This document shows, piece by piece, positions 1 through 32,843 of a stretch of DNA of 64,000 nucleotides. Source of the stretch: Lingula anatina (Eukaryota > Animalia > Brachiopoda). The notes beneath the pieces are model-generated. The model ran no database searches. It was given only the letters and a program-made list of their open reading frames with translations, and was not told the DNA's origin. The translations under genes and the position numbers were made by a program. The number at the start of each line of letters is the position of its first letter. Within the stretch, counting starts at the first letter, position 1. The stretch is taken from positions 13,552,644 through 13,616,643 of the forward strand of contig CM120643.1 in the NCBI GenBank assembly GCA_051362555.1, read 5' to 3'.

Positions 1-320
1 TAAATGTACAAGTATAAAGATTTGTAAATGTTAAGCTGCAGTGTCAAAATGGCTCAGACACGCCATTTAACATTAGAAACTGCCTGATTCCATTCTGGTG
101 AGTGAATCGTATATTATCATGTTATTATTTCTTCATCCTATGCTGCCAACACAGATTGTCTTGTCTGGAGCTTTAAAAACAGCTTGTTATGGGTCACTGC
201 AAATGAGTTGAGGCTTTTCTCCACTGCATACAGTGAAGGTCGACTTGAAGTTTCAACTTTCAGTATTGGGTCAGACCTGTTATAGATATGAAAGGTCTAA
301 TATCCATGGTTTGTTTTCAG

Positions 321-2392
<2,072 letters not shown>

Positions 2393-3848
2393 AGTATCAG
2401 CAGATATTTCATGGACTTGTCTTCATAAGCAACTGCGGAATAATTTGATCACTAATTTGAGGGCAGTTGCCTGAGTTAACAGTGGTGAGGTCTATTCAGG
2501 GGTCGTGTTCAGAAACAGTAAAAATTCCCAGTGTCCCTGAGCACAGTCAGGAATCCACAGGAGTCACCAAAGATCACAGAGAGTTCTACTTCTTGTGTCC
2601 AGAAATATGGGTTAAAACAATTGTTTCAGGAAATTTTGGAGATTGAATTCTTTGACAAACGAAGTATGTTTTAACATACTGTACTGCGTTCAAGATGGCC
2701 GACATGCCAGTCCTGAACTATAAGTGTTGGTGAACTGAAAATTGTCTTGAAAATGGATTTCATAGAAATGAGGTATTCAATTCAGACAATCAAAAAGATC
2801 TGTTGATAGAGAGAATTGTATCAAGTTCTAGATTCTTTATCATTTTTTATTCAACGAGTATCAATCATTAATGAAAAATGATTAATAAATATGAATTGAA
2901 AATGCAAAGTGTACATATTAAGATGTGTTTACTATAACCGTGGTTTTATAAACTGTAAATTTTCTTTTATTATCAAAACATGACCGGTCTTAAGGAAATG
3001 CAGGGCGTCAAGTTCCTTTTTTTTTCTATTTTTTTGAAGATGGTCCTATTTTTTCTTTTTTTGTGTTGGTTATCCAAAAATAAAATATGTAGATACCTTA
3101 GTTAATATTTTTTAACTTTTGAAGAAATTTACCGAAAATATTGACTTACTGACTTTGGACGCATGCCTTGTTAAAGTACAATGCAGAAAGATGGAGATTA
3201 CTCTAAATTTTCAGTTGGCTTTGATATTTAGATGCCAACATGGATGGAATACATTGAAGTTTTCTGACTAGCATCAGACTTAGATCTGCTACTCGTCATA
3301 TTCGTGAACAGTGGGATGCCATGTTCATCAAGTCCCGAGGTTTTTAAAATTGCTAGGCCCATGCAGCAACAGCACATGTTGAGGTTTGCAGTTTATAGCC
3401 ATCAATGGATTAAACAGCTTGCTTTCAAGTGGGATCGGCAACATTTAAGTAGGGGGGGGGTCTGTTAGTCCACGGATTAGCTCGTTCTGAATGCTCTCCC
3501 AGATCATCAAAATGAGGAAGTTCAAACTTAAGGTATTGGCAGACACATCAACACAATTGTACATGGACATTTCACAAAATTTGGTGCCCCTTGAGTTGGG
3601 CTGTCCATGGGAGGATGATTTTTTACCTTTTTTCTGTGCACATTGTACAAGTCCATTCCACAGGTTCTGCTATCTCCTCCTCTAGACCATTGATATCAAT
3701 GATCTATATTGATAGCCCTATCATCAGGGATGTGGATAGGCCAGTCAAAATTTATGTACACTTTGGGGTTGGGCTGTCCCTGGGGGTGGATGACTTCTTT
3801 TTTACATTCAGCGTTTTTTCATCAATTATTTTATGCTGTTATTATTAA

Positions 3849-4153
3849 AGGGATAACAACTGTTCGTAAGATATCCATATTTCACAATAAATACATTGTA
3901 AATAACTCATAGAAATACAATAAATTCTATTTAAGCACCAAAAATGGCAGTTAACACAATAATTCTGGAATTTGTGCTTGCCATCACATCACGTGATCTC
4001 CATAGATGGCTACATTCTGTAATAATCTCTTAAGAGATTGTTACAAAAAAACCAAACTTTTGAGAAAAAAACAGGGACTAATTTTGAATGGAAAAATTGC
4101 TCTATACCCCAAGAAAATTCATTTTTTGGCCAAAATGAACAGTTATTATCCCT
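3849..4153. mobile_element. Non-autonomous TTAA-flanked MITE (Kolobok-like)
   Basis: TTAA (3845-3848)|AGGGATAACAACTGTTC ... GAACAGTTATTATCCCT|TTAA (4154-4157); terminal inverted repeats match at 16/17. The right half resembles 31420-31583. Confidence 0.75.
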
Positions 4154-7100
4154 TTAAGATTATTTGCAATAAGTATACATAAAGGACCTAGGCATTGTTA
4201 TAGCAAAGGGGTCCCTGATTGTGAGCTTCTATCTAGAATATGGGGAATCATCCATATCGTCCCCAGTTTTTTCACTTTCACACAATGATATTGTGGTTTA
4301 GGTTGGTAATTCAAAATTCACAGTCCCAAACACGCAGCTCCAAATCGCAAATGGCAATTATGAGGCCAGAAAAAGCCATCCCAGCAAAACAGTCAGCAGT
4401 AGGGACAAAAATGTTGACTAGTGGAAAAACCCGATTGACAAACAAACCTGGTAACCAGTTGATCTGACCTGTTGCAGATTATTTTGAATAAAACTGCATT
4501 ATTATCCATTCAGATACATTTTAATTTGAACATTGCTGTTTAATTTACAGAAGCATACAGAAATTAAATAATATCTAACAATATTATGACCACTGACAGA
4601 CTTTAAAAATGTGAGTTGAAAACACTAATTTAGCATATTAAGAAAAACAAAGAAAGAAAAAATAGAGCCCAAAAAAAGGTTAATGTGTAATACATGTATA
4701 TCATTTGATATTTTATTAATTTATTAAAACAGAATAATGAGAATAATTTGCATTTTCCCTTTCTTATGAAATTAGATTTTTACACGAAATCCTTCAGATT
4801 TTCTTTATGGATATTGCTCAACTAGTTATATGCAATTAACGGTTTCTAAATGTGATTTAATGAAACAAAACGCGCCGGAGATTTTCTTTTTCAGAATTTT
4901 CAAAACAAGAGAAACTTGATATAATACAATATAGATTAATTCTTTAAATTATTTTGCTCAGTTTTAGTATGTGTATTTTATTCGTGCATAAACAGTTAAA
5001 ATATTAATTCTGTAGAGTTTACCGTATTAATGGAAAATTACCTATGGATGTAACATACAAGACAATTCAATAAACATGTGTAACTTAAACGATTTCCTTT
5101 AAAAGTGTCCATCTATGTTTCAAGAGGCATAAAAAAAGAAAGAAAGAAAGAAATGTCAATAACCTTACTGTTACGCTGTACCGTGAAACTAAATGAAAAT
5201 CCTAAAAGTCTTTTCTATCACAATCCTGCCCCCAATTCGTTCATTCGACCAATGAAAGAACATTTATATGCCCGGCCACGCAGTATCAAGTATGTTGACA
5301 TTCAAAATGCATTTTTCTTTTTATTTATTAAATTTGTTGTGTTTGTGAGTGTCATTACGACTTTATCAACCCCCAATCCTCTTTTGGAGATGGAGACTTA
5401 TGCGCCTTCTCATAAAGCAGACGATATTTCAAACCGAAACGTCCGCACGGAAAGTAGGTGACCCCGTCATCATTATGTAAATCAGGTGAGCGTTTTGGTG
5501 CGAGGTGCTCAGATAGGACCAAGGTCAGTAGAAGATGGAGAAGAAGGATGTCCCATGCCATATTACTGCTACTGCCACATGTAGGCCGAAAAGAAGGCAC
5601 TGAACCCGACAGCAGTATTTCGTAAGTTCAGTACAGATGATAGAAAATGTTTTGTATCATTTCATAGTTTTGCATTGACGATATTTTTCTGAAATGGTGC
5701 ACTCTAGACATAATGACCATGGAACATCTAACTTACGTGAAGGATAATTTCTCTTAGCTTTCCCTCAGTGCCTTTTGGGCACCCTTTTGTTTCTGATACC
5801 ATTAACCACGAGGGTACAATATAAGTTTATACATTTGTATAATATAAAGTTCAATTGCAATTTGTTAATTATAGCGCAAGGGATACTGGTCAACACGACT
5901 TGCTGTAATGAACATGTACTGCTTTATCAAATTGCTAGACATTGTTTCATGAATGTGAATTTATTCCTTTAATTCCAGTGACTCTAAGTAGCATTTACGA
6001 AGATACCAGAAGCGTCCTACTCAGAGACACGTTTCGTGTTCTACATATACAGGCCCACACCCATGCCAAGATTGCCTCCTATGCCGACGTTTGTCTGCTC
6101 GTCAATTTGCAGGGACATGTTTAGTATGGAAAGTTATGTTTGCTTTTGGTTGTAACATTCTTCTCCAAATCGTAAATCAAATTAAAAGTCGAATAAAATT
6201 AGCTTTTTATTCATGAAACTTCTCATAAAAATTAAATCCACACTGAGCGTCCGCCCTGCATGTTGCTGGTTTGTTTCTTTTGGCAATTGTATGTTACTAT
6301 GTCGTAGTACAGTGCTTTATCTATTGTGGTGTTATAAGGGTAATTTATGTGTAGGCCTACTTTTGGGTCGGGATTGATACTCGTCCCTTTTCGAACCTCA
6401 AACGTTAGATTTTAAGTTCTCATTTAATAACAGGAAAAACGTCTGTATGAAAATAGAGTAATTGTTTAAAAATTATCGTTTATTAATTTCCAAGAAGAGT
6501 TTTCTATTTGTCACTGAAAATATGTGTGGGCAAATCTGCAACTTGACACCTCCCTGTGAACTTGAAGATGTTCTCTTATTCATTCTAAATGATGTTGATT
6601 TCTGGGAAGGAAAGACATTTCACACCCATATCGTAAATGCATATTGGAAACTTTAAATTACAGTTATCGTGTGTTCAGTTGAAAAAAAGGGGAAGAGATA
6701 GACACTGTTAATAAAACGTATAACGTCTTAGAAACGCCATAGAAACGCCTTAGAAATCCAAACATGTAACGGGCAAAATGTGACCACGTGCACGTCACTG
6801 CAGAATTGTCCACATGTACTCTAACGATCTTTTAACGATTATGAATATGGCACTTTGACTGTAAATAAACTTCCTCTGGTTCTCGGTGTTTTCAGTGCTG
6901 GGCGGGGATCAAACATCCGTTTTCTGAAACAAAGTTAAACCATTGGGTGGGGTTAAGATTGTCATCCGAAATGAAATTGAATTTTATATTGAGTAGTAGA
7001 ATGGAAATCTTTGTTGCGCATATAATAAGAAAACTATTCATTTAGTTGGCTACAAAAATTGGATTGGGATCATTTATATGCTGTTTAGGACTAATATTAC

Positions 7101-8714
7101 AAAGCATAAGTGTCGAAAAACAAAAAACGGGAAATGGACTTCATTTAGCTTTCGTTTGACCATTAAAATGCTTCCGTAGGACTGACATTAATCATAGCTT
7201 TTTGCATTCCATATTTTCAAAATCCCTCGACCTGTCGCAAAGCCCAATTTTCGGGAGGTAATGAGTATTCTGAAAAGATTCGATGAATTTAAGACCGTCA
7301 ACTCTTGTCAATTATGCTAAGATAGTGAACGATTAATGATTCTATAGATTTTTTAAATTAGATTATGGGATTTATTATTTTATCTGTTATACTTAAGTCC
7401 ATTCGTACAATTTGATCAGTTATTTATCAAAGAATGTTACGGAATTATCATCTAAAAATGTTTTGTTCCTCTAAACGCTAAATTTGATATTCTACCAAAG
7501 TGTATGTAAACCTTAATACTTCGTTTGGTTTGAATTTTTCAAGTGAAAAACATGCATAAAACGTGAAGAGGAGCGTTGTAATAAAAGTTTTGGTACTCTT
7601 ATACATTTTGATATAATTTCGGGATCAAGGGGTGATTGAAAAAAAACGGGCTTGGTTAGATATCAGTCCTGCATTCCCATCTTGTGTTATTTGTGCTTTG
7701 TGTCATCACTGAAAACCGAGAACCAGAGTTAATTTAAAGTGAATGTGCAAAGTCACTTCAAGTATGCTGGTTTTTTTGCGTAACCTTTTCAGTTTTGTTT
7801 GTATATGTTATACTATATTACTATATTATTCTGAATTTGGCAAAGAGTTGGATAATCTTGTAAGCCTCCCATGTCTTTAAGTCGCTTCTGATTCCCATGC
7901 TTTGCAAATGTATATTTTCATCCACAATTACGCACTATATGATATTTATTTTCGGATTTCGTGCAAAGAAAACAAAAATGAAAAAAATATCGATTGGCAA
8001 AAGATCCAGGAATCTTACTAACTTGAAATTTTGGCCACTGTTCGATTTGGTGTGCAAACATAACCAGACGACAAAGGACAAGGCGTGCTTACATGTGCGT
8101 GTGCATTAGTGCACGAATGAAGCTAACAGCAGATTATATGCATTTTAAACATTGTTACACTTTCTAAATTTGGACTGAAATGTTTTTGATGGAATTCGAT
8201 GAAAACAAGACACTTATGTCAATTTTGAGTAATATTTGTTAAAAAATCCATTTTTTCTATTATCAGTTTTTTCGAGTCTTTCAAATCTTACGATCCTGAA
8301 CTTTTGAACTTTTTTTCGAAAATCAAAGGATTTTTTCTGTAAGTAGCAATGTTCAAAATGCATAAAAATCCGACTTGTTTTATTGAAAGATGTATACTGT
8401 CTTCTGTTTGTTTGATTTTTAACTTATATTAAATTAGAGTACAAAATGTTCATCATTTTTGTAAAAAAAATTAATGCTGTTGATGAATAATTTTGATAAT
8501 AATAAACTTGTAAATCTTTTACTTCGTTCAAAACTTGCAAAAGTAATTTCAACTCTTTTAGCTTGTCTCGAACTCTCCATCTTCTGCTTACTATTCTGCC
8601 GCCTTACCTACTGAGCTACTGCTTTGACTTCCCTTATATCGATTGTAGGATCCTCTTATCGCGGTTTAAATTGTACATTTGGATTTTTTTTGCAAAAGGT
8701 AATTTGCTGGGACC

Positions 8715-8792
8715 TCGAAGCGCCAGGTTTCGAACCCAAGTCTTGCTGTGTCCGAGTCGCGTGTGCTATCCACTCTCCCAAGTGTTCCCGCC
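8715..8792 (-). mobile_element. tRNA-derived SINE head or pseudo-tRNA
   Basis: On the minus strand an A-box-like TGGGAGAGTGG and a B-box GGTTCGAAACC lie at tRNA-like spacing. The anticodon and acceptor stems do not pair well. Confidence 0.55.
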
Positions 8793-10911
8793 CACCCACC
8801 CCTGGTAGACTTTCCTTTTATAGTAACTAAAGGGAATTTTTACAAAGGAATTTAGTATGTTCCAAGTGCCCGAATCAAACCCCCCACCCTTGGAGTACCG
8901 CCGAGCCAATGATAACGCTAAGCCATTTTGCATATTATTGTAAAATATTTTATTTGAAGCAAAATAAACTACCATTGATGTATGTATTCTCATATTTGTT
9001 AAAGATTTTAAAAATATTTAAAGCCATTTTATTTTTTGAATATCCAGATATGTAAATCAAAAATATTGATATCTGCATTAAAACTCGCTCAAGTTTGATT
9101 TGATAAATAAACTATCTAATTATCTACTTGGCTAATGCTTAATCTCAGATAAAAATGACAATCAGATTTTTCAATTTCATTTTAAACAAAAACAACGGCA
9201 GATCTAGTAGCTGTCTCACCCCACACCACCGCAGAAAAAATGATTTGATAAATTATGATTAAAAAGTCTCCAAATTGCCAAAAATTTCAAAATGTGACAC
9301 CCTTTCCAAATAACATGTTTCTGCCACTGTTTTTGTTTCATTTTAACCATAGGGTGCTGTGATTTTTTTCATATTTTATACGACATAAGATTTCGACAGC
9401 TATTACTTGGACGGAAAAACAAATTTTTACTGTTTTGCAAGAAATTGTCACAAGCAGTTTGTGAAATATATTTCAACATTTAACAGCCACCAATACGTTC
9501 AAATACTCTACAAGAGATACAATTAACGGGGAACGTGAAAAAATCCCCCAGAGACATTGATTATTGAAAAAAAAAACATTTAGCCATTTATTTGCAACGT
9601 GTAATTATCAAACCTAGGCAAAATGGAGGGACAAATCATGGTGCTACTTATAACACCTTGCACTTATATTTTAAAGTCGAAAAAATTGTAACAAATGTTT
9701 TGTAACTTTCTGAACATAAATAATGTTCTCATACAAGAACGTGAACATCATTTATGCATCTGCTGCTCGATATACTGAAGCTGCTATTTGTTAAACAAAT
9801 GCAGCAGAATTTTGAAAATAGCACACTTTGGATCACATGACTGTTCCCTTCATCTTATGCAAAAGTGAGATCTGTTCACCAAATTAATGCCAAAAATGCA
9901 AGTCAAAATCAACAAATAATTTTTAAAATATTGCACTTACTACACACCTTAACTTTAAAAGAAAATCGGTAATATTAAGATTACAATCCAGATGAGCAAA
10001 TTCAGATAACAAAAATCGTTAACATATCAAGGTTCTTTTAATACACAGTTTAACCGGTAGACAGATTAGCCAAATCAGCTTTCAACTACATGTAATTTTC
10101 GCAAATTGAGTCTTAAATGTGTTAACTCTATATACTACATTACTCAAACAAAATGATCGATTGTGGTCCATAGAAATGACACTTTTCACTCAACAAGACA
10201 GCAAGTTTCCAAGCTTCAAAAGATGATACAGATACGAGTTTAAAGTAACTAGATTTTGAGTCTTCCTCGCTATGGAGATCAAGACTTCTTAATTTCACAG
10301 GTGGCGATAGAATGATAGAAATTTGGAACCCCAAACGGGATTTTCAGATCGTAGTTTTCGAAACGGTTTTTGTATAAAGTAAACATACAGGGAAAATTGC
10401 TGAAATTTCCAGATTTTTTTTTTGGCTTTGGTCTAACCCGCATTGCATGCCTTCAAAATTGAGAATTTAAGTCCAGGAGCGAGTGTAAATGTTGTAAATG
10501 CCAAGTTCCATGTGACGAGTGAAATGCTCTGAAATTTTTTAATCTTTTGATAGAATTTTGTCAACTAAGCATTAAGTAATTTTAAAAATGGATTGAATTT
10601 TCTATGTTTTTTTTTTGTAAGATCATCAACGTAAGGCTGCTTCAGAGTGATTTATTTCTCTTCAAAGTATTGTAAAGGACGCGAAAAAGTAACATAAATC
10701 ACCAATCGTGCAAAATTAAGTGAACAGAGTTTTCAAGGTTTTTGTCTTTTGATGAAAAGGTCAAATTGAGCTTCAGTTTTCCTTGACTAGAAAAATAAGT
10801 TTTCCGTTTTATGAGCATTATATTTGCAGTAAAATAAATGTCAAGTCACAACTTGCTGCCTTGCTGAATAATACCGCAAATAGTTTTACAAACGTCGCGG
10901 AGGCTAACTAT

Positions 10912-11128
10912 GGCTCTGTTCTCACAACTTTTAGATCGATCTATCACCGCGGGGAGTCTCACTAGATTACTGTCAGATAATCCCCCTTAAGTGTCCGTCC
11001 CCGCCTACTACAAGCTTTAAGGGGTAATTAACTTTCGTGTCCGCCCGGCTGACAGCTATTTAGCGTGAACCCCCAGGGAGTTAGGTCGATCCAATGTAGG
11101 TCGATCTAATCTATGAGAATGGGGTGTT
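10912..11128. mobile_element. MITE, copy 1 (possibly PIF/Harbinger-like)
   Basis: Highly similar to 35101-35315 (TAGATCGATCTATC...GGGGAGTCTCA...CCGCCTACTACAAGCTTTAAGGGG...GTCGATCTAATCT). Ends are imperfect inverted repeats. Confidence 0.75.
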
Positions 11129-11158
11129 AGACTTGCAATTATAGTAAAACATGTTTAA

Positions 11159-11410
11159 AGGCATAAGGGCGGTTTTATTCTTTGGCGAAATAAAAGTTTA
11201 GTTACTAATGACTACGCAGTGTTAAATACGCTGCGTTTTGACTGTTTTTTTTTACAAAAGGCTTCAAATCTTGGAGATAAAAAATCATGGTAAATTGCTT
11301 TGAAAAAGAGCGGTTTTTAGACAACGTGATACTGACATTAGCCATAAATGAGAAATATCAAAATTACGTTAAAGCATTACTTGCAAATTAGCAATTCGCC
11401 CTTTATGCCT
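11159..11410. mobile_element. Degenerate TIR element (Kolobok-like)
   Basis: TTAA|AGGCATAAGGGCG ... CGCCCTTTATGCCT; the right-hand TTAA is not intact. Confidence 0.45.
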
Positions 11411-12420
11411 TGGAAACGACTGCTTCATAATCAGTCACGCAAAAAGCAGTGTAATTATCTACCAATATTACATAATATGGTATTATTTGTTAAATCATTT
11501 CAAAATTAAAAATGGAAGTAGATCACTAAACCTTTATCCTGTTCTTTAATTTTCAATTGTGACTATTTTACTGTACTATAATTATGACACAAATTCATTA
11601 AAAACCACTCACTAAATTTCAACAGCCAAATTCTTTAAAGAGCCATTCCACAGAATTTTTCCCATCTTGACTATTTTGCTTGTAAAACTTTAATGGCACT
11701 ACTAATTTTGACGATGTAGTTTCAAATTCTGTGTAGTTAACATGATGTAGAACCGCAATTTTCACTGCCATGAGGTAAGTGATGAAATAAAGGAGGCATG
11801 GAGGACACAAAATATCACGTGGGGAAAATACTGGTGGATGGCAAAACCCAGCTTTCAACATGCAGGCGTCAAACCCATTTTTTTTAAAATGCACCAAAGT
11901 TAAGGTTTCGACAAATACCTAAAACCATTGTCTCAGAACGTTTCGTTGAATCGGTTAAAACTGAAATACCCATATATTTGGTATCCTGACCGCCTCACAT
12001 CCACACCCTGGTCACTCAGAACTGAAGAAGTGATATCTCTTCCAAGGGTTCAGGTACCAAATGATTCATAGGGGTAGTAGGTAGGAAGAGCTAGGTGATC
12101 GCCCTTTCTATTTATCAATTACCATAATTTGACAGACAACATTTGATTAACAATGTGCTAAAATAGTAATGCGCAGGAAGCTTTTGTTCCCTGCATATTT
12201 CAAAATACACTAGATTAAATTAATCAAATCAAGCTTCAGACCCTTACACACCCAAAGTAAAATGGCATTATGTAGGTCACTAGTTATCCCTACATGGTCT
12301 ACTGCATGTTGCAATATGAGCAGTTTTTGCCAAGTTTGACAAACCAAACCGTTCTATAGCGCCATCTGGAGGAGAACAGAAATGATCTTCTCTGCTGCAA
12401 TTGGTAGCTTAGCAGATTGT

Positions 12421-12424
<4 letters not shown>

Positions 12425-12463
<39 letters not shown>

Positions 12464-12472
12464 TGTGCGTGC
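12425..12472. repeat. (GT)n microsatellite
   Basis: Seen directly. Confidence 0.95.
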
Positions 12473-13814
12473 TTAATCTTCAGCACCAAAGAAATGGCAA
12501 TAATAATTCGATCCGGCACATATACAAATTAAGTAATAGTCATTTATGAGAATAACGCTTCTCCCTCCGTCCAGTATTGTCTGCCACCGCAAAAACGATT
12601 CTGCAGTGCTTTATATTATGGTTTATTGCACAATTTTCTGTAAGATTGTGCCAGAGTGGGAGACGTCACCACTGACCCCAACCCGTATTTTTCTATTACT
12701 TTTTTAATAAAAAAACTGAAAAAATTGCGTAAGTTGATAACATTTATTATCTAGAAAATGAAGGTTTTTTTGTTCTGCATAAACTTCTAATAATGACATA
12801 TGGTTTCAAGAAAAGAAAAAAATCAAGAAATGACCCATTCTCTTGAATCCATTAAAGATAATGATAAACGTTCAAAATAGTTTTTTCTAAACCGTATTCT
12901 CAATTCTGCAGTAACATCAATTTACTGTAAGTGAAAAACTGCAAAATGTCAACAGGAGTAATCCATGTTATCTTTGATCAAATGAAATAAGTCACCAATT
13001 GTGAAGCAAAATAAACTAAGAATATCAAAGTATTCAATATTCACAAGATTGCATCAGCAGCAAGAGGTGAAATGATTTTTTTAAAACTAAATAAGCATAG
13101 CAGTATCCGAAATTACAAAATGTGTCAATTTATGAATAAATCTTCATATTTGACTATTAAAATGGTGAGTATTAAGAAGTCACAAATATTGATGTTGAAA
13201 TCCATCTCCTTTGGTGCACCCCTGTAGCATGGTTTGGATTCGTGATCTCCGAGTGCACATGTAGATCCAGGTTTGGGCTCTCAATCATTTGGTGCACATC
13301 CAAAACCAGTGTGATGTCTTCAGTACTTTGAGCTTTATCGTGTATAAATTTTTAGTTAATAACTAACAATGTATACCATTCAGCCAAATAGAAGAAAAGA
13401 AAGAAAAGCAATTCAGTATAGTTTACCAAATTGAAACAGAATTAACCATCATACTTAAAAACTAACTGACATAATAAAAATTACTGAATTGCATTAACTT
13501 TTCAAAATTCACAGGGGGGTCTTGAGTCAACTGAACCAAAACTGACACTTGACTCTTATATAGGCCCCATTCATAACAGTTACATGTGGCGACCCACTAA
13601 AAAGCTTGCTGCCAAACCGCTAATAGATACTGAATAGATTCCCCGTGGGGAAGTATTCAAGTGGGTCGGACGTATTTGACCCTCAGAATAGTAAATCCAC
13701 TGTTCTGAATAGGCCCTTAGAATCTTAAAATGTATCGACAGAATTAATCCTTGAATATGCAATTTATTTCTAAATATGCCCAACTCAATACTGAGTCAAG
13801 TGAATTCTATATCA

Positions 13815-30226
<16,412 letters not shown>

Positions 30227-30943
30227 CACTGTCCAACGCCTGGTTTATTTATATGATATCAGTCTTCATCCTGGGCCACAGCATCACAGTGGAGACATGG
30301 CTTTTATGTTACTCATTAACAGCAGTCACCTGATTTCACAAACCTATATAATAAAGAAAAATTTATGTTCAAAACTGAAAAAACAATGCCCTGTGACTGA
30401 TAACTTCAAAAAAGTCTATTTTTTGTCATAATGCAGATCAAAATGTCATAAAACGTCCTGTCAAATCATTAATGATACTTTTACCTGACTGGAGCTGACA
30501 AGAAATGTGATATAAAGAGATACTGAATCATCAAACTGGTCAAGTATATTTGCCAATGATATAAAGGTTAACAAGTGCCCTTCACATCTGAACAGCAGAT
30601 AATGAAATATTCCACCTATCAACATCTGCTGTTATTACTATAACATCTGTAAGAAAGTACCACTTCAGAGATGAGCTTACATGCAACCTTCAGAGAAAAA
30701 ACAGAGTGAGCACCTCTGAACAACTTGCAAGTACATATCACTTACTCTCTGACCACAAGGGTTGCTAGTAGTTTTTTTTTTACGATATAGTATACAGAAC
30801 AGACCTGCAAATGCAAAAGCCATATGATTTCCTTCCACTCATATCAATTGATAATAAAACTTTTCCTCTTAACAAAAAAAAATTCCCCTAAAGTCAAAGT
30901 GCAGTTGACTCATTGATATAAATATTAGATAGTTGGGGCTTAA

Positions 30944-31583
30944 AGCAATAATAACTCTTCCTTTGAGATTAAAAAATCCACAAGAAATACATTGTAAACA
31001 ATGCATGGAAATGTATTCTTTTGCATTTTACCACTAAAACGGCCGTTATTGTAGTAAAACTAAAATCTGTGCTTGTCAGTAGGGCTTTCGATGCCTTTCT
31101 TCCCGGTCGTCAAGGCATTCGTTGCCAATGACATTTGGGTGTCATGCGGATTCTCGCGTTCATTTGAGACCAAAATAACATATGGCGCCAAACGCTAGTG
31201 CAGTCCGCAGACGTAAGTTGCGAGTTTTTGTACAGTGCGTCGGATAACGAACAGCCCAGAATGGCACACATTGTGGATATAAATGCATTTTTAACAAAAA
31301 GACGAATATATATCATGAATCTTATATTATTGTTATATAGTGTTGTTGTTGTCTGCTTTTCCCGCGGCTTAAAGTAGGTCACCAGTGACTATGCAATGTC
31401 AGAGAGAGCTTCGTCAGTTAAAATCTCTTAAGAGATTTTAACAAAAAACTGTACGTTTAGGAAAAAACCCTGGATTAACTTTGAATGCAGGAATGGGGTC
31501 GTTGACCATTGGTAATTACGGGAAAATTGCCGTTTTTTCCAGGAAAATCCAATTTTTGGCCAAAACGAAGAGTTATTATGACT
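30944..31583. mobile_element. Non-autonomous TTAA-flanked element (Kolobok-like), same family as 3849-4153
   Basis: TTAA (30940-30943)|AGCAATAATAACTCTTC ... GAAGAGTTATTATGACT|TTAA (31584-31587). It shares the AATCTCTTAAGAGATT palindrome and the TTTTTGGCCAAAA subterminal block with the 3849 copy. Confidence 0.7.
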
Positions 31584-32359
31584 TTAATGGTGTGACAGTT
31601 TCTTTAGGTGATATTTTGTTTCAATGGCCTTGCTATACCGATCTTTCACTTCAAGTCACTGCATTACATACACCACATAATATGGGCATAATATTCTACT
31701 TGATATATGAAATGACAATGGTAAATCACCCCCCCCCCCAAAAAAAAAAAAAAAACTTTATCTTATGTAACTTCTTTAAAACGGTTGAGTCATAAAATAT
31801 CCATAAATTAACAATAAAATTTACAGGAAGGGTTTCACTTTTAGTTTGAAAGCCACTCAGTAAATTTAACATAAAACAAAAATATGGTTTGGCAGTTATG
31901 GGGCAAACATTACTGAAATTCTGCAAAAAAATAAAAAATAAAATAAAATAAAATAAAATAAAAAAAAAAAAAAAACATAAATGTAAACTGATCATGTGAA
32001 TTTTCGAAAGCAACCTGCTTCTTAATCAAACAAAGTCACTCAGTAAATTTAAAGTAAAACAAAAATACGGTTTGGGGCAAACGACATGTGCCAGACATTG
32101 ATGGCAACAGCCACAGCAACGGCAACGACACAGACAGACAGACCAATCAGAATATATACACTGTGTCTGTACATATATAAAAAAATAACATGGAGATGGG
32201 AAATACCTTGCAAACATGCCTAACCACCAAATCGTCGTTTTAAAGAAGCCGTCAGATTTTCGTTGGGATTCCAAAACCAGGGTAGTTTTTTTTTAATAAA
32301 TGAGCCCATACCGATAGTACTGAAAATCGATACAACATACGAAATAACACATTTCATTA

Positions 32360-32843
32360 CTTACCTACCTGGCAAGTTATTAAAACTAAAACATTTTCAA
32401 CACATCTATTTAGCGTAATACTGGTATCTTCAACAAACAACTGGGCGTTGATATATTTCTTTTAGAAATAGTGCAATTCCGACGTAGGCTATCGTGTCTT
32501 CCTTACTTGCAATGATACTCTTTAACTGCCCAGACAGCACTAGAAACTAAAAGAAACTAAAAGTTCAGAAATAAAATTACCTACTTCCGCCATGACAGGT
32601 GTTTACACAGGGCCTCATGGGAAAACAACTATTTTACACATTATTTCATTTCTATTGACGATTAAGTTAAAATATTTAAATTCATTAAGCTTTTTACCAC
32701 AAAAATAATTTCCTTTATAGTGTAATCATCTTTTGACTCCCCTTTCTTTTATGTGATCAATTATACGGAGTAAGTCGATAAACACCGAGGATAGCCGATC
32801 TATGCAAACATAGAAACAAGCATCGACTCGGTCAGGCTTAAAA
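32360..32843. promoter_or_regulatory. Probable bidirectional promoter of RSPRY1 (-) and CFAP90 (+)
   Basis: Minus-strand ATGGCGGAAGT (YY1/ETS-like) at ~32583-32593. Minus-strand splice donors at ~32580, ~32368 and ~32364 are candidates for a non-coding first exon. An X-box half-site (CATAGAAAC) lies at ~32809, just before the CFAP90 ATG. Confidence 0.5.

Noticed and set aside
8715-8792. Functional tRNA gene
   Set aside because: A and B boxes are present but the cloverleaf stems do not pair; treated as a SINE head or pseudo-tRNA.
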